Positions 28,001 to 41,592 of a stretch of DNA of 64,000 bases are shown piece by piece (within the stretch, counting starts at the first letter, position 1; every line of letters starts with the position of its first letter). The stretch comes from Ptychomitrium polyphyllum. Lineage: Eukaryota. The notes beneath the pieces were generated by a model. The model did no database searches. It worked only from the letters and a program-made list of their open reading frames with translations, and was not told where the DNA came from. Position numbers and translations under genes: made by a program. Location: the NCBI GenBank assembly GCA_973851085.1, contig OZ316775.1, positions 10,602,001 to 10,666,000 on the forward strand, given 5' to 3'.

Positions 28001-28669
28001 AAATTTGTCATCACAAAGTTGGCAAATCAATATGCAAAGAATAGCACCTATAATCATAATTCTATGTTGACAAAGAAACAAATTGCATGGCTTTAAAGCC
28101 ATGCAAAATCATTGGCATAGTAGTGTCTATTTTCATCAAAGCAATATGAATAGTTAATACATTAAGATGCACATTGCCTTAATTATAAATAGATGTTAAG
28201 TGCAAAAAAAATACTCCTTTGGATAAACTTCAAATAACAATTGGTTATTGTATCACTAGATAACCGGTTGGACAATACTTAACAATATAAACAATAGTTT
28301 TTACCATTGAACACTTAAATTAATACAAACAAGAGAAAAATCTAAAGATGAATGAAAAGAAATTTATTAGTTAAAAAAATCTATAAGAAGTGAAACAATT
28401 TTTAAAAAAATTATTAATGAAGCAAAATTCATATTGTTTCTATGGTGGTTCCTCAGTATATATACTCAATCTAAGATTTAGATCTATTCTTCTAGGATCT
28501 ATATTAAGCCTAGCTATTCTAATTCTAAAATTATAATTAATTATATAACAATGCATGATTATTTAATAATGCTTGATTACCAAATAAAGTATAATTACTA
28601 AAGAGTGCTTGGTTTTTGAAGAATGTTTGATTGCCAAGAAATGCCTAATCACTAATTTGTTTCAATTTA

Positions 28670-29037
28670 AGAAGAGTTATCAAGTTAATAATCAACAAGA
28701 ATTAATACAAAAGTTAAAATAAGGGCACAATACAATATGATCCACAACTTATATTGGCAAGACTAAGGTATACCTTGTCTTGCATCCTAATCATACTATG
28801 ATGCATGTATTTTTTATGATACTTCTAAAAAAGCTTCTTATGAAGCTCAAGAATGTTCTAGAAGTTTATGAAATTTTCTTTAAAAAAATTCCAAACGAGG
28901 TGGAATCTTCCTAAAAAGCTATTTAAAGAAGTGAAATGGCTATGGAAGCATTGAATGTATTTTAAGAACTTACTATAATTTACTAAAAGGTTCTAGAAGA
29001 CTCTAAAGATTATATTACATGATCTATGTTTGTAACA
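28670..29037 (-). mobile_element. LTR copy of the same family as 17184-17766
   Basis: Shares ATGATCCACAACTTxTxTTGGCAAGACTAAGGxATACCTTGTCTTGC and the terminal CATGATCTATGTxxGTAACA. Confidence 0.75.
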
Positions 29038-32000
29038 CATATAATGACTATTAATTTATTTTGTAAAAAACTTGAAGATACTTAATACAATTAATAAGAA
29101 TTAAATGAATTGAGAGAATGTTTTTTGGAATTTCACTACATGATGTTGATTTACAAAAGATTTCTATGCTTAAAGTGTAGCAAAAACTAATTAGAATTTG
29201 TATGGATTCCTCTAGTAGCCACATGCATTGCACTCATCCCACACACATGGATGCACCATTTTCTAAAACCACTACATTAAGTATAACAAAAAATTCCTTC
29301 CTATAACTTAACATAAAAGCTCCTAGTTTGCAAAAAAGACAATAGGAGACTTGACAAAATGAAAGGTAATGATTGTCCTTCAATAAGATTATCTATTAGA
29401 TGATGGAAATATGCTTGTTCAAATGTATTATGACTTGTTAATCTATTCACAATATAAATATTTCTATAAGTAAAAATTTGACATGTACTTAGGCATATAT
29501 ACCATTTATAATATAAACATTATTCTATATAACTATGGTGGTTTTATCTTTGCACTTTCAAAAATCTCCATCTTCATTTTTTGTAAGTGAAACAAAAGAA
29601 ATTGTGCTTAAGTCTTTAGAAATTGCTAAATTTAATCAAAGCTCCACACCTTCTAGTACAAGTGGGCCCATATGAATTAATGGAAGTTTGAATGTAGCAA
29701 CAAATAAATGAAAATGGAAATTAAAACTTTGAATATAAAGAAAGTACATTATGTAACTTTGAAAAGAAATGTTATTTAGAGGTTCATTTACAATGTGCAC
29801 ACTTGTATAGTCATTTGCTATTGATATAACGCATGAGCTTGAATGTAGATATTAGAGCTATAGATTAGTTCAAGCTTCTAGTTTTCAACAATATACTAGA
29901 AGAAAATGAATTCCTTGGTGCTTAATCTAAAATATAAATAATACTTCAAACCTCCATGATCAGAAACAAAAACTTCATTTGTGAAGCAATACTACACAAT
30001 ATTGTAGAACAAACTTTCTTCTTTGCATTGGTATCCAAGATGACCCTTTCTTCAAAGTTTTTAGTGATTCATTTGAGATCTAAGGAAATATGGAAATTTG
30101 ATCCAAATGAGCACTTATGGTGACATGTTGGGATTAGAAGGATATGGATGATCTTTAGGACCTTGATGACAGAGTGCTTTAGAAAACAATTTGCCTTAAA
30201 GTACGCATTATTTATTGGTTAGTTGCGCAACCACTTCGTCCAGAGTCCTGTGTATTTTATTTTTCCAGAGTTTGACCCAAACCAGCTTGTACCATGTGTA
30301 AGGCAGGGTTGCCTCTTTGCAAGGAAATTTTCTTCACTTGCTCCTAAAGAAAAGAAAACAGACAGTTCTATAATATGTTTTTGGGAACAATGAGAATTCA
30401 TTTCAAGGAAGGTCTTTATAAAATTTGATTTGCCTGAGGTCTGCATCATGTCTAAGCTCCTGGTCCTCTGCAGTAGAAAGTTTTGTCTGGAGGCTTTTAT
30501 CAACTGGTAGAGACACACATTTCAATGGAGCAGAACTACAGCAAAGGTGGTACTGAACTCAGGCATTTGTACTTGCAAGCTAAATGTTAGGAGCACGAGA
30601 AGACAATGTTTATACTTTGCAAGGCTCAGGTACTGATTTTGCATATCTTTTTTGGATGACACTTTGTGGATGTACTGTGGTATCATACTGTAGCCGCTGC
30701 AGATCTTTGATCTCACACACTCCTTCTGAGGGGACCGACTTCTGTCTGTGTATCTTGTCTCCTGCACCATAAACTAAAATAACTATACAAGAACAGTTGT
30801 AATTAATGACAGCTGGGCTATACTGAAAGCGTGGTTTAGAGTTAACCACACTGATTGATATTAAAAAAATATGTTTATTTAGTCTATTCTATGCTCTAAT
30901 GAACATTGAAATTAAATTGGAATTATTGTAAGCTCAATCCTTCTTTCATCCATTGATACAGAATTTAAGTGGTTGTAGGCTAAAGGTGCGCTAGCATTCT
31001 TCAATGATTCTTCAAAAGAGATTATGATCTAAGGGTGAATATTTCAAAGGCGAAGTGATGAAACTAACCTATAAATGGAGGAGGGAGATGTTACCAACTT
31101 ACTAAGTCTACCATCCAATACTACCAAATTTCCCTACTTATATTACTAGATGATAGTCATTAGTTTGTTTTCTATTTGTTTGGATAACAAATGTAGATCC
31201 AAAATTACAGGATATGGAAACCTTATAAATTAATATTTAAACCCTCAACCAAGAGAGTTGAGAGTGTGGTGCATTATTTTAATTAAGTTCCATTTGGAAT
31301 TATCAAAGTATCTCTTTTGTTAGTTAGTTGTATTATACTTAGCTCCTTCTTGTTGTTTAATTTTACCTTAACAAGTTTTATTTCATTGTTGGTCTTCATT
31401 CATAGGTTTCTCCTTGTTTGATAATTACCAACCTTAATAAGAGACCATAGCAACCACAACATATGGACTACATTTGTACCAAGAAGCCTATGGTTATCCT
31501 TGAACTTGTCTTTAGATTCCATTTTCATATATTATTTTTTGATTTGTTGGGATATTACTTTCAACTATGGATTCTAGGTGAGTTAGTTAAAGGTAGATGA
31601 AATCTAATTAAGTTGCAACATGTGCTCCACTTATAAATATAAGTAAAGTGAAAAAGGAGGTGAAATTAAATGTAACCTATTGATTAAGAAATAATTTTAT
31701 TGACCTTCAATTTACGCTCACTTTAGACTAAAAGCTCAATTGAATAAAAAAGCTATGAATTAAGATTTGGTATGTTTATTTATAAGCTTTTCATAATTCA
31801 CTAAAGAAATTTAGTGGTTCCAACAAGCTTTCATTTTTAATGCAAATTTCTACATTAAAGCATTTGCAAATTAGATATAAATAATAAAATTGCATAGGAT
31901 TGCAAATGTTAAGATTCTTGTTATCAGAAGATAATTGATATGAATTGATTTTTTGAAAGCAATTATAAGGGTACATTAACCATATATGTATTAATATACT

Positions 32001-33039
32001 TAAACATTAATAATTAACATTGTTATAATCCAAGTCCAGTTTAAAGAAGTTTCAAAATCCATTGACTTTTATTATTTTGAACTGATTCAAAGAAAGCGTA
32101 AGATATGTTATTATTTTTAAAATACAATCATTGTATGAAACATGTAAATATACAAGCATAGTTATATGCTTTACTCAAATATAATCTCTATAAAAGATGT
32201 CAAAAAAGCAATTCTGTGTTGACTTTTATACTTCTTCTAAAATGATCATCCCAAAGAGATTTTATTATGCTACAAGTGGATATATGCTTGCCAAAAAAAA
32301 CCTATCTTTGCAGGCTATGAAGTAATGGAAACATATCATGGTTGAAAAATATTCTTAAGTCATATTTAATAAGATTTATTATTTGATTTAATGAACATAA
32401 TAGTGTAAATAAATTTGTCTTGGAAACTTTTTGCAGTCTCTCATGAATCCAAATTAGATGGAATTTGTACTTAAAGTTTTAAACTGATATTTAATATTTC
32501 ATCATATGTAGTTCTTTGCTTTTCTTCAAGTGAATTCATTAGAATAAACATACTGATTTCAGGTTTTAGACTTTTAAGTTTTATAAAACCACAAATGTAC
32601 AGTGTTTCCAACATCAATAAATCAAACTATTGTTTTAGATTACATCATATCTAGAAATAAATTATAATATTAAAAAATTCCTTATTTTAGAAGCTAAATC
32701 AAAAGTATCATACTGGTATATTTTCTACAATTAAAAACCATACAATAAGTGAAAGACATATTTGCATAATTACTAATAAATCATATTAAGTCAAAAATTA
32801 ACATTACTCTCAAAAAAATTAACCTATTTTAAAAGAATCAATTCATATGGTTTAAATGAGGTTTGTTGCATTTGGCAAAATATCAATAAAATTGGATGGA
32901 TATTGTTTTAAACTATACAAACTATGTTTCTTTATATTTCTAAAATCATATTTTGATTTTGTATTTTCAAACCAATTGCCTTCCAATAATTTCATTAACA
33001 AATTTTGATACATACAAAATTAATTTTTGATTATAATAC

Positions 33040-33825
33040 TGTGATGTAGGCCGCTTTGTGGCTAATTTGCAACTTAGCCACAAGTTGTGTTGATTGACGA
33101 CCAATCATTTGGTAGGTGACTAAAAAAGCTTATTTTTAGGAATTAGAACAATAATGCATAAAAAATGGTGATCAAAATGCGAAAGCTTTTTGTTGGACCA
33201 AATGAAGAGGCTTATTGTGCAAAGTGAATGTGTGTTAACCTTCCATCCATAAAATTGGGTGCTAATACCAATTTGATTGTTTATGAGCCATGGATGTAGG
33301 ATAAAATGATTAATGATTGGAGAAGGAAGTAATTTGTACTAGTGAGCATTTAAAGTTGATTTGGAAATGTCAAGGTATATGATAAAGTTTTGGCGTGCTA
33401 GCATGCACTTTGAAAGGTATTGGAATGCACCATGTACATGAGTTGGTAACATTTTCTTTTGAAATATTAAATTGGTAGAGCTTGGATTGTGCATTTGGAT
33501 CATTGTGTATGATTGGTAAATCTTTTTGATATAAGATTTGAAAGATGTGTTTTTTGATGAAGTATAATACCAACATACAAAGTTCAAAGCCTTGACACTT
33601 CCTAGTGGAGGAGTATGGAGCATTGAAGTGAAAGGGGTCTTAGAATTTGGAGAGCCAAGAGATGAACTTTGAGGAGGTTAGTCTTTAAAGAGTGCGGAGG
33701 TTATGTCAAATGGGTCAAAATAGAAGCATTTGGTTAAGATAAAGAGTTGAATTTGGAAGGAAGAGTACCAATATGACAAAAGACCTATAATCTACCAAAA
33801 ATAAGAGCAATGAGTTTTTTGGACA
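33040..33825 (+). mobile_element. LTR-like repeat, copy B
   Basis: TGTGATG...GGACA ends; inverted homologue of 13011-13866. Confidence 0.7.
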
Positions 33826-36800
33826 AATCTTCTTTCTGTAACAATGTTTTCTAAAAACTCAGTATACATTTAAAACTTAACAACATATTGTTAAAATCCT
33901 TTGAAATTGAATTACGTGTTAAAAATTTCAAACTTTATAGAAAATTTGGAGTTTTTAATTATAAAGACACACATTTCAAAATATAGTGGGAGAACAAGGT
34001 GTCTTTGAATTTGGTGCTATTTATTCACATATTGTCTTTTAGAAATTTATAAAAATTCTAGTAATTTTTTCTTGCACATTTCTATATTGTAGTGCTCTTT
34101 TTATGATCTGTGTGAAATAAAATGTGTATGAAATAGAATTATTTGTATATGGAGCAATAAAAGACATGTTGTTAATGAAGATTTTGTATAAATAATAGGC
34201 CTTGTCTATGAAGCACATGTGAACTCCAATTTAGTTCTTTTTATAATATTAATATTACAATATTTGAAACAATAATTTAATTAATTAATTACATCAATTT
34301 TTAAATTTTTATGGAGGTCAATTTGGAACTAAATTAAAAACTTGTCATAAATTTCCTTGTACGAGCCGGTAAGTATTATGTCATTCTTTGCAATTTTATA
34401 TGTACCTAATATCTATGTCCTAAACTTAAATTCAAAAAACATATGTAAAGTCAAATTAGATCATCATCAATCAATGAGATGAATATTTAACTTTTTTGCT
34501 TGTTTATTCAATTTAAGTTTTAATATAAAAATGATATCATTCAAAATAAATTTATTAAAATTACAATATAAAGTTCAATTAAGAGTTTTTTGGTTGAACA
34601 CAAATAAGTCTAATCACAGTGGCTCTTTTATAGTTTCATGACTTAATACAATTCATCAAAAGTACATACATTTATCAAAAAATCCTTTTTAAAAATACTA
34701 TTGAGTTCTTTTGAATTGAAAGAAATTCAAAGTAAACACTTTATTAAAAGTCGTTATACAATTTATGTTGTTTTATAAAATTTCAATCAAATAAGATAGT
34801 GCTGAAATATATTGTTATACAATATTGATGTTTTTGACCATTCAAAACTAAAGAACTTAAAAATAACATTTTTTTAACTTTCAAATTATATTCTTACAAT
34901 TAAAAAGATGGTATGGTATTTTCTTAATAAAAAACAACTCAGCATTATACTGAAAACTGAGGATTTTATAAAAAAAATAAAAGTCAAAGTAAGTGTTAAG
35001 TTAGACAATTTGGAAGCATGGTTGGCCTTAAACTTTATTTGAATTTATTTAATAAAAATGTTATTGTACCTTTGGAAATGAAATTATATTTGTAAATGAA
35101 GGTATTGAAAAGATTTAAGTATCTTGTTATAACAAATTTTAATTTATGGCTCTAATTCTCCTATAATTTTGCATATCATGGACGTCCATTTTATATATGT
35201 AGAAAACTTAAACTCTGATAATCTTAGCTATTTGCTATTGACCTATTAAATTAGATACAAAATAGAGACTTTGAGCTAAAAATTAAATTAAATTAATTAA
35301 AAATTTCAATATTCAATTCTTAAAATTAAGCAATTAATTATTTATTATCTACACTTAATATTTTATTAAAAATGGATTGATATTGTTGCCTAATTTTAGA
35401 TCCAATAAAAAGGATTTAAAAAAACTATGAAGATTTTTATATTTCAATTGTTTTTCTTGAAGGTGCATTGCAATGTTCATTGATTTTTATATGTTTTGTA
35501 GAATATATTAAAAATAAGGATTGTAAAACCATTATCAATTTTTTCTTTTGATTCATTCTTCTCTCAAAACTTCAATTTCTGAATAAATATGAATAAAACT
35601 TAATGCAAGTCTGATATTAAAGATGTTATCAGGAATTACAAAAAATTCAACTTCTATGCAATCAATTGTTAAAGTTTCTTAATCTAACATTGAAAGCGTT
35701 GTTTTCTTTTTTCTTCTACAATATTAGATCATAACAGTATAATTTATGAAAGGTTCTTAGAAACATCAAATTGATGGTTTACTTATTTATTTAATATATT
35801 TGTTCGTTTTTTTTTCTTCTTTTCAATATAAATAACCAACACATTATTATTTTTATTAATATATTTGGTAATTATTTGATTTTTATTTGTCATTTTTGGA
35901 ACATTTTTTGTTTCAAATTATTTAATTTCTTTTTTGATATGTGCATGAAAGTGCTACAAATTACTCAATTCATACAATAAAATCAAAGATAAATAATTCT
36001 AGTTCCTTTAAAAAGCATAGTATGTATTCTTTTGTTATATTTTATTTATTTTCACATGATATAAATTAAAAGTGCAAAAGTGTTCTTTTGCAAAAAAAGT
36101 AGCTAATATATCATATAAATTAAAAGAACAAACTCTATAAACAATTGTTGTACAATTAATATAAGTTGTCTTTGTAGTAAATGTTTATTGCAAGTTCATG
36201 TATACTATTATCGATTGAATTAAAATGTGTTTTTATTTAATTGATCTAATTTGGAAGCATATGAAGTTAACATAATTTTTTTTGCAATACAAATTGATTT
36301 GGCGTTAGGGTTATCAATTAAATTCTCTTTGAAGATGAAAGTATTATAAAATACACTTTGAAATTCGTTTTGCTCAAAAATAAGCAATTTTTTTTTCCCA
36401 AAATTGTACTATTATGAACCAATGAGAAGCCTTTGCAATGTCAAGGCATGGTAAAGGAGCTTCAAACGTTGAATCTCTTCAACGGTAGCCAATTTTTCCC
36501 AACCATTTATTCATCCTAAAATTTAGGTATTTAAAGCTTTTTCAACCGCTCTTCTAAACTATGAGCGCTTTAATGCTTGTATCATGTGTTGTAGAAAACT
36601 ATTAATTTTAGGAAGAACATACTTAAAAAATACAAGAGGAGGGAATTTTATCTAATCAATGATTTTATTGCTAGCAATCAATTGTAAAGTCAAAAGTGTA
36701 GTTATCAGATTTATTCCTTATGTAAAATTTCTTTACCTTATGTTTCTAAATTATATTCTTTTTATAAATATTAATCCACAATACCATATGACACAAGCAT

Positions 36801-38274
36801 TAAAACACTTCCGTTTTATAGAAGCAATTGAAAGAGCAATTAATAAAGTTTTTGATACCTTAGGCAAACAAAGGATTGGCTTGGATGAATTAAATTAGCT
36901 TTGAGAAGGTACCAAATGAAAAATTCCCAACCATACCTTGATATCATAAAAGCTCTTTATTGGTTCATCAAAACACACTCTAAGTTTTATTTTTATTCAT
37001 TTTTGAAGCAAATATAAGATTTTAGAATATGTTTTATAAAACTTTCTTCTTTGAGAAGGACTTAATAAATAACTCTATTGTATCAACGAACAAAGTCCAT
37101 TTAAAACATCCTCAAGCTTACAACATACATGTAGTGGAACTGGAACAAGATTCATGTGTTGCTTAGACCAATAAAATTACATACACTGAGAGCCACTGCA
37201 CGCCTTGTCTTGCTAACCATTTTAACCACTGCATGCTGTCCCATCTATCACAAGGCAAGGTGTGAAGCCACCTTTACAATGCAAAGGAAGTTATGGGTGA
37301 AGGGGAAGCTACAGTTTGCTAGCCCACTAGATATCTAGGGAGTTGGTCTCCAAAACTTGTCTAGGAGGCAGGCTCCCTGCTAAATTCAAGGATTGTTGCT
37401 TGATGACATTGGGCAAAACCATTATTATGTGGGAATTTGAGTCCTGACCATACTACTTCTGCCTATTTTCATGTCTATACATAACATATAGAACTTTGTT
37501 TAATGCATGCTCTCAAGGCAATTCACATGAGCTAATCAAAAGTTTGTGCTTCAAACTTTGTGATGAGTTGATTCTGATGATTATTTATTGAACAATATTC
37601 ATGCTGACCTTCAAATACACAGGAGTTACTCTTTTGTATGTGATCATATTTACTGCAGAGGTGCTTCCATCATTGAATAGATCTAGTAAAAAAGCTGAGT
37701 TCAACCATCACACCTCACACCACCAATAACATGAGTATAATTGAGTTTCTAATGACATCCATATCTGGACTCCATGTCAAGTTCAAATTGAATTTGGTAG
37801 ATTTGAATCATTGAGATTTTTGGTAGTCCATATGGTGCAAGTTAACATAAATCACACTGCCAGCCAACTAAAAATTCTTGACCAGGTTTAGGATTGGAAT
37901 CAAGGAGTTTGTTCAGAAGTTCCATGATTTCTGAATCTTGAAGATATCAAAGAGGAAAGCTTAATCTCTATTTGCTTTTAAGAGGCCAGCTTGAAAAGCC
38001 ACTCTTAGGCTTTAATGAAAGGCATCCCCGTATCTTTAAAACTGTATTTTATTAAATTGTATCAAGCAAAATTAGATGTATTTTTTTTTATCATACTTTT
38101 GGTACAAGTGGAATTCATTTTGTGCAAAAGTTTGAGCCAGAATTCTCTATATTTTTATCTCAAGGAAAAAAACACAAAAAAAACCAAAACTCATCTAATA
38201 TACAAAAGGACAAAAAGAAAACAGCAGGGAGGATAGTAGTTGATTAGGACTCAAAGGAAATACAACAAGAACAA

Positions 38275-38394
38275 AATGGAAAGCAAAGCATGTTAATGGA
38301 AAGCAAAGCATGTTAATGGAAAGCAAAGCATGTTAATGGAAAGCAAAGCATGTTATTGGAAAGCAAAGCATGTTATTGGAAAGCAAAGCAAGTT
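38275..38394. repeat. Minisatellite, 20-bp unit x6
   Basis: AATGGAAAGCAAAGCATGTT x4, then ATTGGAAAGCAAAGCATGTT and ATTGGAAAGCAAAGCAAGTT; no spacers. Confidence 0.95.
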
Positions 38395-40946
38395 ATGAGT
38401 ATGGTAGAGGTACCTAACTTGGTGGATTTTTGGAAATAGTTACGTACTATTCATTTGCTTACTTACAATTCATCAAATGATTGTTAGTGAATCCAAATCC
38501 ATCTCTTTTTCAAATTTTAAAAAAATTCCTAACTATTGGATGCTTTAGATTGTCATGTTCATCTTGAATATTTCCATGCATTGATATTAATGCCAATACA
38601 TGGTAAACCATTTATATAACCTATCATGTTTTTTAACAAATATATATATGTTCTCATTTTAATGAAATTATAACTTTAAAGTTAAAACATCACTAATTAT
38701 AGCTAAATAAAGACGATTTTGAGGCCATAATACCACTAAAATAGTAATTCTTTTTGTAAATTCATGGTTCAAAATTCCATGAAAGATCCAAATTTAGTAA
38801 ATATCTTATTTCAATTAAATATATTTTACTTGTTCAATGAATGCAGTTCATTTGTTTGATTTAATTGGAACTTTCCAAAGGAAAAGAAAAGAAGAAATAG
38901 AAAAGAGTTTTTTTTAGCTGGGATGGCTATTGTAATGGTAATATAATTCAATGAAATAGGCATTTCATAATGTGTCCGGGAAAATAGAAAAAAATAAAGG
39001 CAGGAAAATAAGAAAACAAAGTGAAAAAACCACTTCGTTGCCATTACTTAGGCAAAAGAATTTCGGACAGCAATAATTGAATTTGATGGATGGCTTATGA
39101 TGAGCTGACGACACTCAAGTAGGGGATCTATAAATCCATAACGAATTACTTGTGTCAAACGTGGACTGTACATATGATGAACTGATTGCAAGCTCTTCGA
39201 TTTACGTTGAAGGAGTTGGAATGCATCTGGAGTGTTGTGCGGTTGAATCATAATTAACTACAACTTCGTCATACACCATAGGTGCAAATCTTTTCAACTG
39301 GCACGCATTGAAAACGAATTGATGTGGCACTCCGCCACAGGAACACAAGGCTTGCATCCCGATGATCTCCGGTACTCCAAGTTACCGCCCAAATTGCCAT
39401 TGAAGTGCTCATACAGTATCAGGCTGGACGGTGAGGTAGGACTAAATAGGCTTACCGGTCGGTCAACACTCGACATCTCACTGATGAATCTACTTTCTTC
39501 ACAGCTGGTTGCAGCATGCACTGCAACGCCGGCCAGGGGAGCGTGACTTCAATGATAGCCAAGGTGATTGACAGCACTTGAAGGCTTTTCCTAAGGGCTG
39601 CAGTGCATGGTTGGTAGGCGATGGACGTTGGTAGACGGGTGAAGATGACGGTTGAAGAAGCGGAGTAGTTCCCTGGGAAATAATGAGCTGTCGCTGGGGC
39701 CCCACGTTCCGGCTTTCACGATTCACCGAGGATCCACAAACTTTGCCTGGTTTCACTCTCACAGGACTCAATTGCCTCGATCAAGAGTTACAGGACGAGT
39801 GTAAAGTCGACGACCGAGGACAATCAACTGCTAAATGGCAGCAGGAACCTTCACCTGCTAATTCCCGCCTAACTCTGGGTCTGCCCCACTCGACATCGTC
39901 CTTTCTGCAATTGATCAATTCTGATGTGAAAACCAGAAGCACGCTGCCTGTCTCGCCAGCTGCGACGTGCTTACAAGTGTGTGGAGCTGACTTACATGTA
40001 CAGTACAGCTTGTTACGGTACCTCGAGGTGAAGTAAGTTAATGAAAGCTCTAGAGCAGAGTGCATATAAATTTTTTCCTTTCCTTTTCTGATTTTTCTTT
40101 TCCCATCTGGTTGACGTTGTCGACTTTGTGAGCCAGCTCTGGGCCCACGTTCCGACCTTGCGCAATTGTGCAGACATGATGAGAAGGATGATGAGGAGAC
40201 TGGAGCAGAGCAGAGCACTAGAGCCGAGTCGACGACTGACAGTGCTCAGCAATGAAGCGAGACGTGATGAATCATCAGCCGTGAGCTCACGACCGTTGTA
40301 CACATTCTGCACCTGGTTTTTTAACCATTTCTGCAGTAAAGACGCCTGCAACAAGCAACTCTAAGCTGATGCAGATGGAAGAATATTTCACTCAAGTAAA
40401 TACGCCAGCCGGCTGGGATTTCTATTTCTACCTTGCTCAACCGCCAAAGCCCCACCATCCAAGCGGGCTATTTTGTCAAGCATTTGGAATTCAACCTGCT
40501 TAGACGGTGAAGGTCTCCAAGTAAAGAAGAAACTCGGCCAGATTTCACAAAAGATTTACCTTTGCCGTTCAGTCTTGTCTGGTCCTGGTTTAATTGATCC
40601 TCATTGGGTCCCACTCCAGAATTCTCGACGACCTGAACCTCATCCGCGTAGAAGAGTTACTGAAATCACGTAACTGTGGTGATCTCAAAATATTCTTCAC
40701 TTATCAAGGTTTGCTCACTTTCTTTATCCTGCAAGGTTTTCCTTTGCCGCATTGGTTCAGATTCCTTAAGTTAAGTTGACACAACATCCTAGTGTTTCCC
40801 CATTCATCACTAACCTGTGCTCACCAAGAGGACATAGGAGGAGGGCCTGCTTCTGCTGGGCTTCGTAGTTCCCACCTGGCCAGGTGTAGGGCCCAGTCAG
40901 GCTCTCAGACAGACAGTCTTTATGAGCTTCTCAGGTTTCTGTTGTG

Positions 40947-40953
40947 TATAAAG
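40947..40953 (+). promoter_or_regulatory. Candidate TATA box of the MIR535 primary transcript
   Basis: TATAAAG followed ~30 nt later by a CT-rich leader, ~520 bp upstream of the hairpin. Confidence 0.5.
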
Positions 40954-41469
40954 GATTTTCGTTGAGCCTTGGATGGACATTCTCTCCATACCTCCTTGCC
41001 TCCTATCGTCCCTCTTCACTAGCCTGAGTCTGCCTTCTGGTTCATGGTTGACCCCTCTCGGTTCTGCTCTTGATCTATGGACAGTCTCAGAAACGGTCTT
41101 TTGCGGACATGTGACCCCGGCTCTGCAATGGGGCTTTCTTTTCTGGAGTGGAATAGCTAGCTAGACCGGCGCTGACTTGCCACTGCGTACGCCCTCAGTC
41201 CAAGACATCTTCGGTGCGGTCCTCGGTTCGTGCTTATTGCAGCCGACTCATTGCATACCGGAATCTTTTCGGTTACTACTTTATGTTGACGATTTGAGTG
41301 ACCCTCCTTTCCCATTGTCTTTCTGAACAGTCCCAAGTTCCTGATGCAAATCTACCTTTGCTCATGTACGTTTCATACTTTGTGGACGCATGAGATGAGT
41401 ACTATGAGGACAGCAGCCTGTGTGGTTATTCTCGTATGTCATCTGTTGAGAAACATACTCCAGATTGAG

Positions 41470-41592
41470 GTGAGATAGATAAGAACATAATTGGGTGACA
41501 ACGAGAGAGAGCACGCTGGAACGCGCTCATGCAAGAAGCTTGGCTGTGTTCTTGCGTGCCCTCTCCCGCTGTCGCCAAGCTTGTTTCTTCAC
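41470..41592 (+). ncRNA. MIR535: microRNA precursor MIR535; mature miR535 at 41496-41516
   Basis: 41496-41516 reads TGACAACGAGAGAGAGCACGC, the canonical miR535. The complementary arm GCGTGCCCTCTCCCGCTGTCGCC (41554-41576) pairs with three A.C mismatches and one terminal G.U. The lower stem extends TTGG/CCAA and GTGAG..AAG/CTT..TTCAC. Confidence 0.93.

Noticed and set aside
30300..30340. 'GCLFARKFS' resembling the core-2/I-branching glycosyltransferase motif
   Set aside because: Isolated short match in a frame with stops; no other family motifs.
38275..38394. Regular repeat considered as a CRISPR-like array
   Set aside because: Head-to-tail units with no spacers, eukaryotic context and no cas genes.
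41185..41204. CCCTCAGTCCAAG partially complementary to miR319 (possible target mimic)
   Set aside because: Pairing is limited to about the first 13 nt with a bulge and no 3' complementarity; compatible with chance.
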